Positions 6,788 through 10,539 of a stretch of DNA of 10,539 bases are shown here, piece after piece. Under the pieces are notes generated by a model. It had not been told where the DNA came from and ran no database searches. It saw only the letters and a list, made by a program, of their open reading frames with translations. The first letter of the stretch is position 1. Each line of letters opens with the position of its first letter. This stretch comes from Candidatus Methylomirabilia bacterium (GTDB lineage: Bacteria > Methylomirabilota > Methylomirabilia > Rokubacteriales > CSP1-6), in NCBI GenBank assembly GCA_041496385.1, contig JBGQEL010000139.1:1-10539 (forward strand), given 5' to 3'. A program made the position numbers and the translations under genes.

Positions 6788-7528
6788 TCAGTGGGTGAGA
6801 ATCTTCGACAGGAATTCCTTGGCGCGGTCCGATTTCGCCGCGGCGAAGAACGCCTCCGGGGCCGCCTCCTCCACCACCTGCCCCGTGTCCATGAAGACGA
6901 CGCGATGGGCGACCCGCCGGGCGAACCCCATCTCGTGCGTCACGACCATCATCGTCATGCCCTCCTTGGCCAGGTCGGTCATGACGTCGAGCACCTCGTT
7001 GATCATCTCCGGGTCCAGCGCGGAGGTCGGCTCGTCGAACAGCATGATCTTCGGCTGCATCGCGAGCGCGCGCGCGATCGCGACGCGCTGCTGCTGGCCG
7101 CCCGAGAGGTTGGCCGGGTACACCTCCGCCTTGTCGGGAATGCGCACGCGCTCGAGCAGCACGCGCGCCGCTTTCTCGGCTTCGGCCGGCGCGAGCCCGC
7201 GCACCTTGATGGGCGAGAGCGTGATGTTCTGGAGGACGGTCATGTGCGGGAACAGGTTGAAGGACTGGAACACCATCCCCACGCGCGTCCGGAGGGCCGG
7301 GAGGCTGACGCCGGGCTTCGTGATCGACTCGCCGAGCACCACGAGGTCGCCCTGCTGGATCGGCTCGAGCGCGTTCACGCAGCGGATGAGCGTGCTCTTG
7401 CCGGAGCCCGAGGGACCGCAGACGACGACCACCTCGCCCGCGCGCACCGCGAGGTTGACGTCGCGCAGGACCTGCATCGTGCCGAACCACTTGTTGACGC
7501 CCTTGAACTCGATCGCCGTCTCGGCCAT
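6788..7528 (-). CDS. Polar amino-acid ABC transporter ATP-binding protein (GlnQ/GltL type); 246 aa
   Basis: Start placed at ATG 7528 ([16 protein letters not shown]). Walker [11 protein letters not shown]-loop '[10 protein letters not shown]', signature LSGGQQQRV, Walker B '[13 protein letters not shown]' and H-switch 'VTHEMGFA'. Confidence 0.96.
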   Translation of the reverse strand: MAETAIEFKGVNKWFGTMQVLRDVNLAVRAGEVVVVCGPSGSGKSTLIRCVNALEPIQQGDLVVLGESITKPGVSLPALRTRVGMVFQSFNLFPHMTVLQNITLSPIKVRGLAPAEAEKAARVLLERVRIPDKAEVYPANLSGGQQQRVAIARALAMQPKIMLFDEPTSALDPEMINEVLDVMTDLAKEGMTMMVVTHEMGFARRVAHRVVFMDTGQVVEEAAPEAFFAAAKSDRAKEFLSKILTH

Positions 7529-7547
7529 GGGAGAGCCCTCGGTTCGG

Positions 7548-7576
7548 AGGATGGGGGACCGCGCTGCGGGTGTCAA
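7548..7576 (-). promoter_or_regulatory. Predicted sigma70-type internal promoter for the amino-acid ABC operon
   Basis: On the minus strand: TTGACA (7576-7571), a 17-bp spacer and CATCCT (7553-7548, retaining A2, T3 and T6), 20 nt upstream of the ATPase ATG. Confidence 0.55.
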
Positions 7577-7578
7577 GG

Positions 7579-8079
7579 TCAGTCGATGACGATCAGCACG
7601 TCGCCGGCATTCACGGTCTGGCCGGCCCGCACGCGCACGTCGGCCACGGTCCCGGGCGCGCTGGCCCGGAGCTCGTTCTCCATCTTCATGGCCTCGATCA
7701 CGAGCAGCGGGTCGCCCGCGCGGACCGTGTCGCCCGCCTTGACGGCGACGTGCGTGATCCGTCCGGGCAGCGGCGCCGCCAGCGTCTGGTGCGCGCGACC
7801 ACCAGCCGCGCCGCCCTTGGTCCGGATGACGTACCGCGTCTGCTCCTCGACGCGGATCGCGTACGTCTCGCCGCCGACCTCCACGACGCACGCCCCGTCG
7901 GTCTGGGTCACGTCGGCGACGTGGGAGACGCCGGCGATCAGGAGCGAGTAGATGCCCTGCGGGGTGAGGCGCGCGTCGACCTCCCACACCTCGTCGCCGA
8001 GCGTCACGCGGTAGCGCCCGCGCGCGCCGCTGACCTCCACGGGCTCCGCCCCATCGTCGAGGCTCGCGACGAATCTCAT
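7579..8079 (-). CDS. Biotin carboxyl carrier protein with an N-terminal BT-like beta domain (acyl-CoA carboxylase); 166 aa, alternative start at ATG 8157
   Basis: C-terminal biotinyl domain 'APLPGRI...[16 protein letters not shown]...G.V..GDVL' with the biotinylated Lys in EAMKM. N-terminal beta-rich region 'MRFVASLD...[10 protein letters not shown]'. Confidence 0.92.
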   Translation of the reverse strand: MRFVASLDDGAEPVEVSGARGRYRVTLGDEVWEVDARLTPQGIYSLLIAGVSHVADVTQTDGACVVEVGGETYAIRVEEQTRYVIRTKGGAAGGRAHQTLAAPLPGRITHVAVKAGDTVRAGDPLLVIEAMKMENELRASAPGTVADVRVRAGQTVNAGDVLIVID

Positions 8080-8092
8080 TGGAGCGGGGGCC

Positions 8093-8140
8093 GCGTGGCC
8101 GGCTTGAACCGTGGGTGGCCTGAGAAAGGCACGGGTGGCT
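8093..8140. repeat. Three direct repeats G(C/G)GTGGC(C/T) at a 20-bp period
   Basis: GCGTGGCC 8093-8100, GGGTGGCC 8113-8120, GGGTGGCT 8133-8140. Confidence 0.45.
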
Positions 8141-8143
8141 TCG

Positions 8144-9661
8144 TCATGGCCGTCCATGCCGTCTCCACCCGGGGCGGCGATTCCAGCGCCAGTTGTCGCC
8201 GTCGGCCACCGCTGGCTCCGGCGCCGTCGCGCGCCCTGCGCGCTCGTACTCGGCGAGGACGGCGGCGATGACCGCGATCGCGCGGTGGCGGCCCGCGGCG
8301 GCCCGGGGCGCGGCCATGACCCGCTCGAGAAAGCTCGTGGAGATCCGTCCCGCGGCGAAGTCCGGGTGCCGCACGATCTGCTGGAGCGCCGGGATCGTCG
8401 TGCGGACGCCGACCACCTTGTACTCGGCCAGCGCGCGCGCCATCCGGTCGATCGCCGCGGCGCGATCGGCGCCCCAGACGATGAGCTTGGCCAGGAGCGT
8501 GTCGTAGAAGCGCGGCACCGTGTAGCCCTCGTACACACCGGAGTCGTCGCGCACCCAGGGGCCCGTCGCGGCGCGCAGCCCCGTGATCGTGCCGGGGGAC
8601 GGCAGCCAGCCGCCGAACGGGTCCTCGGCGTTGATGCGGCACTCGATCGCGGCGCCGCGCCAGGCGACGTCGGCCTGCGCGAGGCCGAGCGCCTCCCCCG
8701 CGGCGATCCGGATCTGCTCGCGCACGAGGTCGATGCCCGTGACCATCTCGGTCACCGGGTGCTCGACCTGGAGCCGGGCGTTCATCTCGAGGAAGTAGAA
8801 GTTCCGCTCGGCGTCCACCAGGAACTCGACGGTGCCCGCGTTCACGTAGCCGCCGGCCCGGGCGATCCGGCAGGCCGCCTCGCCCATGCGCTCGCGCAGC
8901 GCCGCGTCGACGAAGGACGAGGGACACTCCTCGACGAGCTTCTGGTGGCGCCGCTGGATCGAGCACTCGCGCTCGCCCAGGTGGACCACGCGGCCGTGCG
9001 CGTCGGCGAGCACCTGGATCTCGATGTGCCGCGGCTCGGTCACGTAGCGCTCGAGGTAGACCGCGCTGTCGCCGAACGCCGCCGCGGCTTCGTTGCGCGC
9101 CATGCGGAGCGCGGCGTCGAGCTCCGCCGCCTGGCGGACGAGCCGCATACCCTTGCCGCCCCCGCCCCGCGCGGCCTTGAGCATGAGCGGGTAGCCGATC
9201 TCGCTCGCCGCGGCGCGCGCCTCGGCGTCCGAGGCGACGGGCTCGAAGGTGCCGGGCACCATCGGCACGCCCATCTCGCGCGCGACGCGTCGCGCCGCCG
9301 TCTTGTCGCCCATGGCGCGGATCGCCTTCGCCGGCGGGCCGATGAACGTCAGGCCGGCGGCGGCGCAGGCCTCGGCGAACGCGGCGTTCTCGGCGAGAAA
9401 GCCGTAACCCGGGTGGACCGCGTCGGCGCCCGCCTTCGCGGCCACCGCGAGGAGCTTGTCGATCGCGAGGTAGCTCTCGGTCGCGGCCGGGGGCCCGATC
9501 GCGTAGGCCTCGTCGGCCATGAGCACGTGGAGCGCCTCGCGGTCCGCCTCCGAGAAGACCGCGACGGAGGCGATCCCCTGCTCGCGGCAGGCGCGGATCA
9601 CGCGCACCGCGATCTCGCCGCGATTCGCGACCAGGACCTTGGCGATGCGGCGCGCGCTCAC
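8144..9661 (-). CDS. accC: Biotin carboxylase subunit of an acyl-CoA carboxylase (AccC/PccA-type); 505 aa
   Basis: GTG 9661 overlaps the upstream stop (GTGA). Motifs: 'KVLVANRGEIAVRVIRAC', 'HPGYGFLAEN', 'MGDK', 'KAARGGGGKGMR', 'ERECSIQRRHQK', 'FLEMNARLQVEHPVTE', 'ECRINAEDP', 'YDTLLAKLI'. Confidence 0.96.
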   Translation of the reverse strand: MSARRIAKVLVANRGEIAVRVIRACREQGIASVAVFSEADREALHVLMADEAYAIGPPAATESYLAIDKLLAVAAKAGADAVHPGYGFLAENAAFAEACAAAGLTFIGPPAKAIRAMGDKTAARRVAREMGVPMVPGTFEPVASDAEARAAASEIGYPLMLKAARGGGGKGMRLVRQAAELDAALRMARNEAAAAFGDSAVYLERYVTEPRHIEIQVLADAHGRVVHLGERECSIQRRHQKLVEECPSSFVDAALRERMGEAACRIARAGGYVNAGTVEFLVDAERNFYFLEMNARLQVEHPVTEMVTGIDLVREQIRIAAGEALGLAQADVAWRGAAIECRINAEDPFGGWLPSPGTITGLRAATGPWVRDDSGVYEGYTVPRFYDTLLAKLIVWGADRAAAIDRMARALAEYKVVGVRTTIPALQQIVRHPDFAAGRISTSFLERVMAAPRAAAGRHRAIAVIAAVLAEYERAGRATAPEPAVADGDNWRWNRRPGWRRHGRP

Positions 9662-10539
9662 TTCATCCCCGTGAGCGCCTCGCGCAGGAAGCTCTCGTCC
9701 ACGATGTCCTTCTCCTGCACGGGCGCCTTGATGAGCCCCTGCTTGAACCACCACGCCGTCTGCCGCCCGACGTCGCCGGCCATGAGCCGGCCGTCGCGGT
9801 CCTGGTAAGGAAATCCGCGCCGGATGAGCTCCGGCCGGGCGCCGGTGTACCTGGCCGTGATGGCCACGATCTCCTCGTAGTTCGGACCCGCCCGGCTCCG
9901 GATCACGGAGTCGAAGTAGTAGCGCGACGACTTGACGTAGCCCCGCATGAACGCGACGGCGCGGGCGCGATCGCGGGCGAACCGGTCGGAGTAGAGCACG
10001 GCCGCGATCTGCCAGGGCAGCGAGTCGCCGGTGCGAATGAGCGTGACGCCAGCGCCGCTCGCCTCGAGCCGCGAAACGAAGGGCTCGGCGGTCGCTGCGG
10101 CATCGATGCGCCTGGCCGTGAGCGCGTCGGCCACGGCGCCCAGGGACTGGAGCGGGACGATCTCGACGTCGCCGGGCCCCATCCCCTCCTTCTCGAGAAG
10201 CCGCCCGACGTTGTAGTGGAAGGTCGAGCCGATCTGGGTGACGCCGATCGTGCGCCCCTTGAGCTCGCGGAGCGAGCGCGCGCCACCGTCATAGAGATCC
10301 TTGCGGACGACGAGCGCGGTCAGGTTGTGGTCGGGCCACTCGCGACCCTTGTCGGCGACGATCCAGATCCGGACGCCCCCCCTCACGATGTTGTAGAGGC
10401 CCGCGGTGAGCCCGGTCGCGCCGGCCTCGAGGTCGCCCGAGGCGATCGCCACCGCGATCGGCTGCGCGGCCTCGAAGAACACGAACTCGGGGTCGACGCC
10501 GAACTCCTTGAAGTACCCCTTCTCGGCGCCGACGAACAG
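9658..10539 (-). CDS. ABC transporter substrate-binding protein, NitT/TauT family (SsuA/NMT1-THI5-like); 5' end outside the window
   Basis: The frame stays open to the window end, reading LFVGAEKGYFKEFGVDPEFVFFEAAQP. Further motifs: 'ELKGRTIGV', 'GST', 'IDAAATAEPF', 'AVAFMRGY', 'KQGLIK' and 'IVDESFL'. Confidence 0.9.
   Translation of the reverse strand: MFVGAEKGYFKEFGVDPEFVFFEAAQPIAVAIASGDLEAGATGLTAGLYNIVRGGVRIWIVADKGREWPDHNLTALVVRKDLYDGGARSLRELKGRTIGVTQIGSTFHYNVGRLLEKEGMGPGDVEIVPLQSLGAVADALTARRIDAAATAEPFVSRLEASGAGVTLIRTGDSLPWQIAAVLYSDRFARDRARAVAFMRGYVKSSRYYFDSVIRSRAGPNYEEIVAITARYTGARPELIRRGFPYQDRDGRLMAGDVGRQTAWWFKQGLIKAPVQEKDIVDESFLREALTGMK

Noticed and set aside
6777..7987. Apparent long N-terminal extensions or fusions of the amino-acid SBP (to 7490) and the ATPase (to 7987)
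   Set aside because: The extensions are off-frame reads through neighbouring genes. The SD plus signal peptide and the domain boundaries give starts at 6776 and 7528.
9662..9754. Upstream extension of the biotin carboxylase
   Set aside because: It overlaps the SBP 3' end. GTG 9661, in a GTGA overlap, sits just before the conserved KVLVANRGEIA.
3697..9808. Long + strand ORFs (3697-5211, 5102-5968, 6791-7951, 6795-7589, 7570-8271, 8111-9808)
   Set aside because: All are antisense to well-supported genes, with low-complexity R/A/G/P/S translations typical of high-GC shadow frames.
1..10539. tRNA, rRNA, riboswitch, CRISPR array, IS/transposase or prophage
   Set aside because: Intergenic gaps are all about 110 nt or shorter. 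I saw no repeat-spacer array, recombinase or phage motif, and no compositional shift by eye. An Rfam/Infernal scan would be needed to exclude small RNAs formally.

Overview
Very GC-rich bacterial chromosomal segment of transport and metabolism genes; the gene content and style would fit a transporter-rich soil lineage such as Candidatus Rokubacteria, but that is a guess. The + strand carries the 3' end of an AcrB/CzcA-family RND transporter and a carbohydrate-type (CUT1) ABC importer: a Tat-signal solute-binding protein and two permeases, with no ATPase. The - strand carries a 5'-truncated NitT/TauT (SsuA/NMT1-like) binding protein coupled to a biotin carboxylase and a biotin carboxyl carrier protein, with no carboxyltransferase in the window. 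These are followed by a complete Glu/Asp-type polar amino-acid ABC importer (ATPase, SBP, two permeases) and an alpha/beta hydrolase whose 3' end overlaps the sugar permease. I found no RNA genes, CRISPR arrays or mobile elements. The most notable features are two similar sigma70-type promoters (identical CCTTGACACCCG, plus YCGAAC after the -10) facing each other across the two importers, operator-like repeats in the first promoter, an acyl-CoA carboxylase alpha subunit apparently split within its BT domain, and three repeats at exact 20-bp spacing at that split. Nothing here is clearly a new system; the findings are modest.
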